A stretch of 44,586 nucleotides of DNA from Candidatus Dormiibacterota bacterium (lineage in GTDB: Bacteria > Chloroflexota > Dormibacteria > Dormibacterales > Dormibacteraceae): assembly GCA_036393875.1 (NCBI GenBank), contig DASWGF010000091.1, forward strand, positions 1 through 44,586, in the 5' to 3' direction. The notes beneath the pieces were generated by a model. The model did no database searches and had not been told where the DNA came from. It was given only the letters and a program-made list of their open reading frames with translations. The first letter of the stretch is position 1; each line of letters starts with the position of its first letter. The translations under genes and the position numbers were made by a program. This document shows positions 12,001 through 24,000 of this stretch, piece by piece.

Positions 12001-15000
12001 GAACATGCCCGTCAGCCCGCTGATCACCGGCTGCCCGACTCCGTTGTTGTCGTACTCGACCGTGTCGCCCGTCGCGAGGCCGTGACTGTTGACCTGCAGC
12101 TTGTTGCCGTCGATCGACTGGATCACGTAGTCGGGCACCGCCGTCGATTGCGGCGTCCCAGTCGCCGAGACGGAGATCGTGCCGCCCGCGGTGATCTTCG
12201 ATCCGCTCCTGATGTCCGCGGTGACCGTCGGCGAGATGACCGCCTTGGAGAACGATCCGCTGAAGTGGGCGCCGCCGATGCCGGTGCCCTTGGTGGAGGC
12301 GTCGCCCTCGGGCCGCGCGGTCGCGTCGATGGTGATGTTGTTCGAAACGTTCACCGTCGCGTTGCCGGCGATGTAAGACTCGACGGTCGGCGTCACCGTC
12401 ACCTTGGCGTCGTTGACGCTGGCGTCGACGATGCCGCCGGTCACCCCCTGGGCGCGGGCCAGCCCGGCGTCAACCGAGGAGGACTCGATGTTCAGGTTCG
12501 CCGCGCCCTGGGTGGACGCATTGCCGATGTTGCTGTCGACATGGGCGGTGACGGTGCCGGTCAGCGACGAATAGGCCTGGCTTGCGCCCACGCCGATGAG
12601 GCCGCCGGCTGACCCGCGGTCGTCGGCGAGCGCAAATGAGTCACTGGTCGCCCGAACCAGGACGGTGCCTGTGGCGCTGACGGTGGTACCGGCCGCGATG
12701 GCCGCCTCGACGTTCTCGTGGACAGTCGCGTTGGCCTGGCCGCCGGCGCCGGCGATCAGGCCCGCGCTGCCGATCGTCACGCAATCGAATGCGCCGCCCG
12801 AGCCCGTGTCGCAGTTCGCGTTGGTACCGCCGGGGTTCAGCTGGGCGCGGAACCGGATGCTGCCGCCATTGATCGAGCCGCCGAACGCCTTGGCGATCGC
12901 AGTGGCGGTCGAGTTCGCGTGGGCGAAGGCGCCCGCGACCGAGAAGCCGAAGCTGCCGCTGAAGCCCTCGGCCTTGGCGCGCGCGGTCGAGTTGGTGGTG
13001 GCGTCGAAAAAGATGTTGCCAGAGCTGTTGGCGTCGATCTCGACGTCATTGCCGACGAAAGCTTTGGCGGTTGCATTGGACGTGGCGGTGGTGAAGTTGA
13101 TGTTGACGCTGGTAAACAGCCCGAGGCCCAGCATGTGGGCGACCGGTGCGACAGTCGAGTTCACCGTGGCGCTCGCCTGCACGCCGGAGACGCTGCTCGT
13201 CGTCACCGTCGTCTTCAGAGAGCTGGATTCCGGCCCGACGTAAGCCAGCACTGTGCTGTGGTCTTCAGCGTCGAGGGTCGAGCCGCTGGCGCCGCCCAGC
13301 AGCGCGAGGCTCGTGGTGTCGTAGACGATCACCGGCGTGCTGGTGCCGGTCGCGGTCAGCGAGAGACCCGTGCCGCTGAACGTGGTCCCCTCGCCGACGA
13401 ACGCGAAGGTCTGGGTGTGCGTCTGGGAGTTCAGGAAGTACAGGCCGACATGGAGGAGGCTGGCGGACACGCCCAGGGCGGTTGTCGTTGCCGTCGTGGT
13501 CGCGTTGGCGGTGAGCGAGGCTCCGCCGGTCAGCGTGACCTTCGACTTGTTGCCGATGAAGGCAGACGTGTCGTGGTGGGCATCCGCGCCCGCCTTGACG
13601 ATCGTGGCGTCGAAGACGGCGATGGCAGTCGTCTTGGACTGCGCCGCGGCGTTCGACGTCGAGGTCGCGGTCCCCGCCAGTGAGTCGCCACCCAGCTCCG
13701 TCTCAGGTCCGACGTAAACGCGCGTGTGGCCCTTGACGTCAGACGTCGGGAACATGACCCCGATCGTCGCCAGGCCGCCCGAGCCGCCATCCGTGTGTGC
13801 GCTGGCGGTGTTGTCGGAGGTGGCGTTCAGCGTGATCGGACCCTTGACACCGATCTTGACCTTGACCATGTTCAGGCTCGCGTCGGCGTTCTTGCCGACG
13901 TAGGCGTCCGTCGCGCTGCCGACGTTGGCGGTTGGGATGGAGCCCTGCCCGCCGAGCGCGCCGACGGTCAGCGATACGTTCGATGCCTCGCCTTTCACCT
14001 TTCCGTCGGCGGTGATGTTCAGCGCGCCGGCGTCGACATTGGTGCCGTCGCCCGCGTAGGCGAGCGTCTTTCCGTTGGCCTCCGCGTCCGGGATCATCAC
14101 GGTGACCGCGATGCCGCCACCGGCGGTGCCGTCGGCGACCGCGTGCGAGTACATGTCCGACGCGGCCTGGACATCGATCGTGCCTGTGGTCTTGATCTTC
14201 GCGGTGGAGTCGCCACCTCGCGTGACGCCGTTGGGAGCACCCAGGAAGGACTGCACGGTGCCCGTGACCGTCGCCACCGCGCTGGTGCCGGCGCCGCCTC
14301 CGATCGAGATCTCCAGGACGGTCGACAGGGCCTCGGCCGTGTAGGCGACGCGGCCGCTCGTCGTCCCGGCGTGCACGTTGAGGGAGCCGGCGTTGATCTT
14401 GACGCCCTCGCGCACGTAAGCGCTCGTGGTCCCGTCGACCTCAGCTGTGGGCAGCATGATGTGCACGTCGACCGCGCCGCCGCCCGTGCCGTCGGCCACC
14501 GCCTTCGCGTGCATGAAGCCGCCTGCCGTGACGTTGATCGTCCCGCCGGTCCCCACATCGACCGAGGTCGTCACGTTGTTCTCTGAGTTGGCCGCCTGGG
14601 CGCCGATATATGCCTCAGAGATTCCCGTCACCTTGGCATCCGACTTGAGACCGGCGATGCTCGCGAGGCCACCGATGCTCACGGCGCTCGTCTGCGAGTC
14701 CGCGAACATCGTCGGAGCGGTCGCATTGAGTGAGACGGTGCCGGCCTTGACATCGGCGCCCTCGCCGACGTAGGCGCGCGTGACGCCGCTGACCGTCGCG
14801 GTCGGCAGCATGAACGAGATCGTCAGGCCGACCGACGCGCCCATTCCGTTGGCCCTGGCGGTCGCAGTCATAGACGAGTTGGCGCCGATCGTGATCGAGC
14901 TCGAGCCGACGTCGACCCTGGCCAGCGTCCCGGACGGGGTGGTCCCGGCCGCCGCGCCGATGTGGGCGTCGACGATGCCGGTCACCTCGGCGTTGGCGTT

Positions 15001-18000
15001 GGCGCCCGTGCCTGAAGCCAGCCCGGAGATTCCGACCGCGACGGTGGTGGCCGACGCTGCGTAGAGACCGTCCGCGTTCAATGTGAGCCCGCTCGGATCG
15101 ATGTTCGCGCCCTGGCCGATGTAGGCCCGCGTCGTGCCGCCCGTGTTCGCATGCGGGACCATCACGGTCACCGAGATGCCCGCGGCCGCGTCCGTGCCGT
15201 CAGCGGTGGCGATCGTCGTCATCTTCGAGGCAGCGTCGACCTCGACCGCGCCGCTGATCGTGAGCTTCGCAGTCGAGTCTCCGCCAGGCGTCGCGCCCGC
15301 GGGCGCTCCCACATAGGACTCGACGACGCCGTCGATCGTCGCCACGGAATTGGCGCCGGCGCCGCTGCCGACGATTCCGATCTCGACCACGTGGGTGGTC
15401 GCCTCGGCCTTGTACTCGACCCGACCGCTCGTGGTCCCGGCCTGCACGGTCAGGCTGGCGGCGGTGACGTTGATGCCCTCGCGGACGTACGCCGCGGTGG
15501 TGCCCGAGACGTGGGCGGTCGGCAGCATGATCGCGATCGCAAGGGCGCCCGCGCCCAGACCGTCGGACTTCGCGAAGGCGTGCATGAAGCCGCCGGCGGT
15601 CACCGTGACGGCGTAGACGCCGACGTTGATGGTGCCTGCGGGGGTGTTCACCGAGTTCGCCGCCTGGGCCCCGATGAAGGCCTCGATCGTCCCCGTCACC
15701 TCGGCGTCCGACCTGATGCCTTCGACAGAGCCAAACAAGCCGATGCCGACGGCCTTGGACGTCGCGGTCGCCTCCATGGTCGGCGCCTGGGCGTTGACGA
15801 TGAGGCCACCGGACGTGAGGTTCGTGCCTTCGCCAGCGTAGGCACGAGTGGTACCGCTCACGTTCGCGGTCGGGAGCATGATCGCCACGTTCGCCCCGCC
15901 GCCGCCGCCACCGTTGGCTGTCGCTATGGCCTTCATCACCGAGTGCGCCTCGACGTCGGCAACACCTGACAGCGAGATGGTGCCTGGAGTCGTGCTCGGC
16001 GTGGCGCCGGCCGCCGCGCCGATGTGCGCGTCGACGGTGCCGCTGACGTTCGCGTGCGCGTCCACGCCTTCGCCGCCGAAGCCGCCGACCGAGATGGCCA
16101 CAGTCGTCGCTTCCGCCTTCATCTCGATGGCATTGGCGGTCACGGTCAGCGTCGTGCCGTCGGTGATGTTGGCGCCCTCACCGGCAAATGCGCGTGTGAT
16201 GCCACCCACCGTCGAGGTCGGAATCATCACATTGGCGGCGATCGCGCCGGCGCTCGTGCCGTCCGCGGTCGCGGTGGTGTGCATCTGCGACAGGGCGGTC
16301 ACTGTGGTGGCGCCGCCGCTGACGTGCAGCGCCTGCCCGGGCGCGCCGCCGGCGGCCATGCCTGCAGGCGCCCCCGCGAACGCCTCCACCGTCCCGGAGA
16401 TGGTCGCGTCCGCCTTGACCCCGGCGCCGCTGAGGGCGCCGATGCCGAGGACGTGGGACGTAGAGGTCGCCGTGTAGACGACGGGGCCCGTATCGGTTTG
16501 ATCGGTCGCCAGGATGGTCAGCGAGCCGGCGTGCATGTTGACGCCGTCACGGACATAGGCACGCGTCTTGCCGTCGACCTTGGCGGTCGGAAGGATGATC
16601 GACGCGCTCACAATCCCGCCTGCATTGACCGAGTCGCCGACCGCAGTCGCCGTCATCGTCGAGCCGGCCCTCACCTTCACGAGCCCACTGCCGACGTTGA
16701 CCGACGGCACGTGAAGCGTGGCGGCGTTTTCCGCTCGCTCGCCGATCAGCGCCTCGACGACGCCTGTGATCTCGGCGTCGGACTTGACGCCGACAACGCT
16801 TCCGAAGAGCCCGATGCTGATCGGTTTGGAGGTCGCGGTCGCCAGATACGGCGCATGCGCTTCGACCGTCAGGCTGGACGTCGCGACGGTGCCGTTCACC
16901 TGTGCGCGCGTGCCGCCAACGATCTTGGCCGTCGGCATCGACACCGTGATGGAGACCAGGCCCCCGCCACCGACGTCGGAGTCAGCGGTCGCCGTATCGC
17001 TGTTCTCAGCCTTGACGTCGACCGCGCAGGAGCATGTGAGCGAACCCGTCGTGCCGACGTTCGCCTCGGTGTTGCCGTCGATCTCCGCCAGGGTGCCGGA
17101 GCCTGATGCGTTGAAGGAGCCGATCGAGAAGATCGAGGTGTGCGCCTTCGACGTGAAGTTGCCGGTACCGAAGATGTCGATCTCGGAAGCCGACGTGATC
17201 GAGCCGTCGACCTCGGCGCGAACGTTCCCGGTGAGGTTCGCGATCGCGCCCATGATCGAAAGTGAGGCAATCCCACCGAACGAGCCCGCGGTGGCTTCGG
17301 CATCGGCGTTGTTCTGCTTGCCCTTCAGCTTCGCCTCGACCTTGACGACGCCCGACGATGCGACCGAACCGGAGGAGCCGATGAACGCCTCGACGTCCTG
17401 GTTCATCTCGGCGTCCGCGACCGCGCCGGTCAGCCCGACCACGGACACGCCAATCACCATCACGGTGGCCGTGGCGACGTTTTCGCCGATCGACTGGATC
17501 GTGACCCCGGTCGAGCTCGAGATCGTACCGTCGACCTCGGCGCGCGTGTGCCCCGCGACGATCGCGATCGGGATGAGGATGGCGATGGTGACCCCGCCCG
17601 CCGAACCGCCGGGAGCCGTCGCCTCAGCGGTATGCGTACCGGTCGCCCTGACCAGGACCGAGCCCGTCGTATCGATGTTGGAGCTCGAGCTCAGGGTGGC
17701 CTCCGCGCTGCGTGCGTTCTTCGCGTGCGCGACCGTCACGCCCACCGCCAGGGCGCCCGTGGCGACGTTGATGGTGTTGGCTTGCGCGTCGGCGGTGCCG
17801 ACGGCAGTCACCGACACCCCGCCGCCTCCCACCCTTCCGTGCGCGCCCGACGAGGCGGCCGCCGTTCCGCCGAGATCCGCAAAGGCGATCGCGCCCGCGA
17901 GCCCGGCGCCGATGCCACCCTGGACCGAGATCGCCAGCGTCGCCGCCGTCAGGTGATCATCGAGCGCCACGTTCAGGTAGCCGATCGGGTTGACATCGCC

Positions 18001-21000
18001 GACCAGGACATTGAGCACGGCGGCGGAAGCGTTGCCGGTGACGCTGTTCGTCCCGACGGCCGCGCCGATCGCGCCCGCCCCGGTCCCAACGCCGATCGCG
18101 AAGTTGTTGATGTTGCGCTGCGAGTGGGTGGTCACGTCGACGCCGCCGCCGGCCTGGTGAATGGCCGCGCCGTCGTCGATGTGGGCGTTCTGGGTGCCCT
18201 GGTCATTCAGCACGGCGACCTGCGCGCCGACGGAGACGAAGCCGCCGGTGCCGGTGAAGGCGATCGCGTTGACCGTCTCGTCCATCCCGGCGTGCACCGT
18301 CACGTTGTCGCCGCCGCCATTGCCGGCGGTGATCTGCGTGCCGGCGCCGACCTTCGCCTCGGTCGCGCTCTTGACGTTGAGGATCTCGATGGCGGCGCCG
18401 ATGCCCACCAGCCCGCCTGCGACCGCACCCGCGAGGGCGGTGACCGAGAGGTTGTCCCCGGCGATGACGCTGACGCTGTGACCGGCGTGGATCGTGCCGT
18501 TGAGCTGCGCGGAGGTGCCCGCCGGGACCGTCGTGTGCAGAGCGCTGCTCGCGACGGTAGTGCCCGGAGCGTGAGAGCCGATCGCCGACTTGCTCCCGGC
18601 GGTGTCGTCGGAGATCCGCCCGTTGGTCGAGTACTCGCCGTCGTCGAAGAACCACTCGGAGGTGTTCGTCGCCGGGTCGATCGTGGTGCTGACGATCGTG
18701 TGCTTGGCCTTGTAGTGATGGCCGTTGAACAGGACCTTGTCGCCTGACACATAGGCGTGGCCGGAGACCCAGGCGTTCGGCGCCGGGGCGCTGGTTCCGC
18801 TGAGCACGTTCTTGTAGCCCGGTGCGCCGCCGGAGTCGTCGTTGCCAGACGCGACCTCGTCCGCGCTGCCCTGCGCGCTGCCGCCGGTGCTCACGGTCTC
18901 CCACTCGGCTGAGTTGTCACGAGGGTGCGTAGAGGTGTTGGGGTTGTTGACCTTCGCCCGGTAGTGCTGGAGGTTGGCCGGATCGGCCGGCGCATCCTTG
19001 TCCTCGACGACGTCTCCCTGCGCGTACGCGTGGCTGGCCTGCCACAGGCCCCGGTCCGGGCCCGGTGATGGCGCACCCTGTAGCGAGTTGGTGTCGCCTT
19101 CCCAGTTCCCGGAGTCGGAACTCGGTGAGGTCAGGTCATTCGGGAGGTCGCTCTTCGCCGCGTACCGCTTGTGGTCGTTGGGGTCGGTAACGACGTCTCC
19201 CTTGTTGTACTTGCCGTGGAGCGCCCAATCGCCCTTGTCGGGGCCGCCCGCGGCGTCGTTGTAGGTCGTCACCGGCTGCATGCCGACGGTCCAGACCGAA
19301 ACCGAGCCTGCGACGCCGACGAAGCCGCCACCGATGCTGACCGCGTACGAGGAGATGTCCTTGCGCGACAGCGCGTTCACGCCTACGTTGGCGGCCGCAT
19401 TCACCGTCGAGCCCACTCCGACCACGGCGGCGACGCTCGAGTTCGCGGTGCCGATGTCGACGCCGCCGGCGACACCGACGAAGCCACCGCCGATTCCGCC
19501 CGCCACGGTGAGCGACTTGAAGTGGTCGACCGCGGAGACGTTGACCGAGGCATCCGAGTCGAGCGTCGAGCCACCCACGACGTAGGCCTGGGTCAGGACG
19601 TGCATCAGGGTTACGCCGACGCCGCCCGCCACCCCGACGAATCCACCGCCGGCGCTGGCCGACAGGCCGAAGACGTCCTCGCTCGACGCCGCCTCGACCG
19701 CCACACCGTGGAACGTGAACGTCTCGAAATCGCCGGAGCCGGTGAAGTTGCCGTCGTAGATGCCGGTGAGCGCTGTGCTGCCCGCGTGCGCGGTCAGGTG
19801 GCTGCCCGAGCCGACGACGGCCTCCGTGTCCTTGTCCAGCGTCGCCACACCTACCGCGACGCCGACTCCTACGAAGCCGCCGGCCAGGCTCGCGGTGATC
19901 AGCAGGAGCTTCGTGTCGTCCTTCGCGGTCAGCAGGACGTTGTTGCCCGCCGAGGCCACGACGCCGGTGCCGGTGCTCGCGAAGGTGTGCTCGTGCAGGA
20001 TGGTCACTCCCGCGGTGCCGGCGACGCCGACCTCACCGCCGCTCACGCCGGCGACGATCGAGATGATCGAGGCCTTGCCGCTGGCGACCACGGCGATGTC
20101 GCCCCTGGCATTCACCTGCGCGCTGTTGTCGATGAAGGCATCGGTGTTCAGCGTGATCAGGTGCACCCCGACGCCGACACCGACGCCGGCGGTGCCGCCG
20201 ATAGCCAGTGTGGCGGCGATGCCGATCTCGTGGAACTCGTTGCCCGCCGACACGCGCACCGAGTTCGCGCCGGCGCCTGGGTTGGTGGTGCAGTCCAGGC
20301 CGCAGTTGACCATCGCGTTCTTGCCGATGTATGCCGAGGTGTTCGCGGTCACGACCGCGACGGCGCCGGAGAGGTTAACTGCAGCCGTGCCCGAGAATCC
20401 GGCGCTCACGCCGACCGCGGCAATGTCGTCACTGTTCGTCGCCGTCACCGCAACACCGCTGAAGGGCGTCGGGTCGTCCTGGGGCTGGATCGTGCGTGGC
20501 CCCATCTCGCCGGCGTCGCCAGAGGGGGCTGTACCGTTCGCGACGACGCTGTGCGACCTGCCTGAGCCGTTGCTCGTCAGCGTGACAGGTGTCTGGTTGA
20601 TGTGGGTGACACCGTCCGCCTCGACGCAGCTGTGGTCGGAAGCCCAGCCGACCGCGTGACAGCGGCTGTCGGCGAGCTGGATGTCGTTCGGCGTCCCGGA
20701 CTGGATCACGTAGTACGTCTGGCCGTCGACCAGGCCGCCGATCGGGGCGCCGCCACCGGCGCTGTATACGACCTTGTCCCCTGTGACCAGCGACGTCGCA
20801 TCGTAAGGCAGAAGCAGGTCGCTGCCCGAGCGATCACTCGTCGGGTTGAAGCGCGGCGAGCTGTCCTTGCGCACGCCGGCCTGGTTGGTGGGCACGAGCC
20901 GCTGGTTCTCGCCGTATTGAACCGGCGGCGCCGCCAGCGGCGTCAGGTCGAGCACCTGCTGGTTGATGTGCGTGTGGTCGTCCGCGGTGTTCAGGTCACC

Positions 21001-24000
21001 GGGGGTCGGGTCGAAGGTGCACTTGCTGTCGCCGGCGAATCCGACCGCGTGGCAGTAGCTGTCCGCGAGCTTGACCGTCGACGAGTCGACGACGATCACG
21101 TAGTAGGTGTTGCCGTCGACCAGGCCCGGGGTCACGGTCCCGCCGCCGGCGTCGTAGACGACCTCCTGGCCGGTCTTGAAGTTGTGCGTGTAGCCAAGGT
21201 TGATCTCGTCCGTGGTGGGGTCAACTGCCGCGCGCGGGTCGAAGCGGGTATCGACGGTCGTGACGCCGAAGTTGCCGCTCTTGACGGTGATGGTGTCGCC
21301 GCCGTGCCCGTTCACATGGGCGCCATCGCCGATGTAGGCGTGGGTCTCTTTGGTCACGACCTCGACCGCTGCCGCGGCGCCGACTGCCGCCGAGCCGGCC
21401 GCCGAGATATTGCCGCCGATGGCATCCAGCTTCAGCGACTCCTCCGCCGCAACCTTCACGCTGCCGCCTGCGTCCAGATACGCCCCGCCGGCGACGAAGG
21501 CCAGGGTTGTCACCGAGAAGACGGGGACGGAGACGTTCACGCTCACCGCCGCGGTGCCGCCGAAGCTGCCGCCGACCGCGATCGAGACCAGCGTCTCGTT
21601 CGAGGTCGACGTCACGGCGGCGTCGGCGAGCGAGCTGAGCTTTGCGTTCCCGGCGAACGAGGCCTCGGTGTCCTTGTTCACGACCTCGACGTCGATGCCC
21701 GCGCCCACTCCGGCGGTCCCACCGACGGACAGCGCCCCGGCGATGGCGAGGATCGAGGTCGTATCGGTGGCGCTGATCGTGAGACCGGCGCTCGGGGCGT
21801 CGCCGACGATGACACCAGAGTCGACATGCGCCTTGGTGACGTCGGTGAACACGTCGACCGTGACCGAGCCGGCCACGCCCGCGGTCTCGCCGCCGGAACC
21901 GCCCACCGCAAGCAGCGTGACGTTGCCGGACTGGTTCGCCTTGACCGTGAGGCCGGTGCCGCCGTCAGCATCGACGTGCGCGCCGCTGTGTACCGCCGCG
22001 TCGACGGTGCTGTTACGGACGAGTATCGTGGCCGCCGCGCCGACGCCGGCGGTCTCGCCGATCGAGACCTGGCCCGCGTACATCTCGATCTTCTTGGTGC
22101 CGTCCGGGTTGTCGGCGGCCTCGACGTCCACGCCCATCAGCGAGTGGACGAACGCGCCGCCGTCGATGTATGCGCGTGTCGAGTGCGGGCCGCCCTGGTT
22201 GAGGACGACCACGATCACAGAACCCGCGACGCCCGCCGACTCCGAAGCGCCTGCGTCGATCGCGAGCTCGAAGAGGGCCATGCTCGAGCTCGCCTTGACG
22301 GAGATGTTGCCGCCCGCGTAGACGTTCGCCGAGGCGCCGATGTAGGCGACGACGTCCTTGCTGATCACATCGACGATCAACCCGATCGCGACGCCCGCAT
22401 CGCCCTCGCTCAGTGCGAGCGCGCCGGCGACGTTGACCAGGTGCGTGTCGTCCTGCGCGGTGACGGAGATCGTCTGGTCGCCACCGCCGTGGGTGATCTG
22501 GTTGATCTGCGCCCCGCCGGCGATGAACGCCTGCGTCGTGATCGAGAAGACGTCGACGATGACCGACCCGGTGACCGCGGCATCGCCGCCGCCGGCGCTG
22601 CCGCCAACCGCGACGTTCGAGACGGCCGGGAAGGTGATCTTCGTGATCTTGGGATCGGGCACGATCGGCTTCAGCGACGAGGTCGCGCTGATAGTCATCG
22701 CTTTGGCCGCGTCGACGTGGGTGACCGCGACGCCCGAGTCGATGAAGGCCTGCGTCAAGAGGTCGTTGAGGATGTTGACGATGATCGCGCCGCCAACCGC
22801 GGTGCCTTCGGTCGACAGACCTCCGGCGACGGCGATGTTCTGCAGACCCATCGGCGCGGTGGCCTTGAGGTCCAGCGTATCGGTCGAGCTCACGGTCGAG
22901 CCCTGGCCGATGGACGCCGTGGTGTGGAAGCTCAGGACCTGGATTCCGGCTGAGGCCGCGACGCTCGCGTCCGCCTTGCCACCGGCTCCCGCCAGGCCCC
23001 AGACCACGAAGTCGTTCTCCTTGGTGTCGGGCGTCACCGCTTCGACCGTGATGCCGGCGCCGGTGACCGTCGAGCCGGCCCCGATCGAAGCCGAGTTGGT
23101 GATGCTCTCGACATTCAGCCCGACCGCGGCCGCGATGGCGACGTCCGACTCGAGGTTCGTGCTCAGGCCGAGCGCCTTCGCGTTGGCACCGATCTTGTTC
23201 TCGCTGCTGACCTTGACGGCGCCGGTCACCGTCACGATCGGGGTGTTCGTGCCGTTCCCGATCGTGGCTGCCGTGGTGTGCTGTGCCCAGTTGAGGCCGA
23301 CCGCCGCGGCGATGTTCACGCCGCCGCTGTCATTCCCCGAGTCGCTGCTCGACGTGTCGTTACCCGTCTTGGTCGAATCCGTCGCCTGGGGCGTCGAGTT
23401 GCCCTTGGTGTCCGTGTCTGTCTTGCCCTTCGTGTTCGGGTTGCCATCGACCTGGCTGTTCGTCTGCTTGCCGGAGCTGTCGCCCGAGTCGCTCTCGCCC
23501 TTCGAGCTGGCTTCTGCCTTGGCCTCGCTCGAAGCGTCGGTCGACGCGCTCACAGCCAGCGACGCGGCGGTGAGGCTGCGCTCGAGATCGGCGGTCGACG
23601 TGGTCTTGATGACGTTGATCGAGACCGCGGCGCCGATCGCGACGTTCTTGCCTCCGGCTGCCCCGTTCGACTCGGCGCTCGAGCTGGTCTCGTCCTGCGC
23701 CTGGATGGTGGCGTCGCCGGTGACGGTCAGCAGAGCGCCGGTGCCGATGTAGGCGGAGACCGTGTCGGTGACGATCGCGAGGGAGAGGGACGGGCTGAGC
23801 CCGAGCGTCCCGCCCTCCGACCCGGCCTTGTCCTCCGTGCCGATGTCGTGGTGGAAGGCGGCCGAGAGCGTTAGCTTGTTGCCGCCGACGAAGACGGCGC
23901 CGTTCTCGATCGCCGCGCGGACGACGTTGTCGGTGAGCACCTGGATCGCGGCCGAGGCGCCGATGCCGACCTTGCCGCTCTTCGCGTCAGAGTCGGCCTT

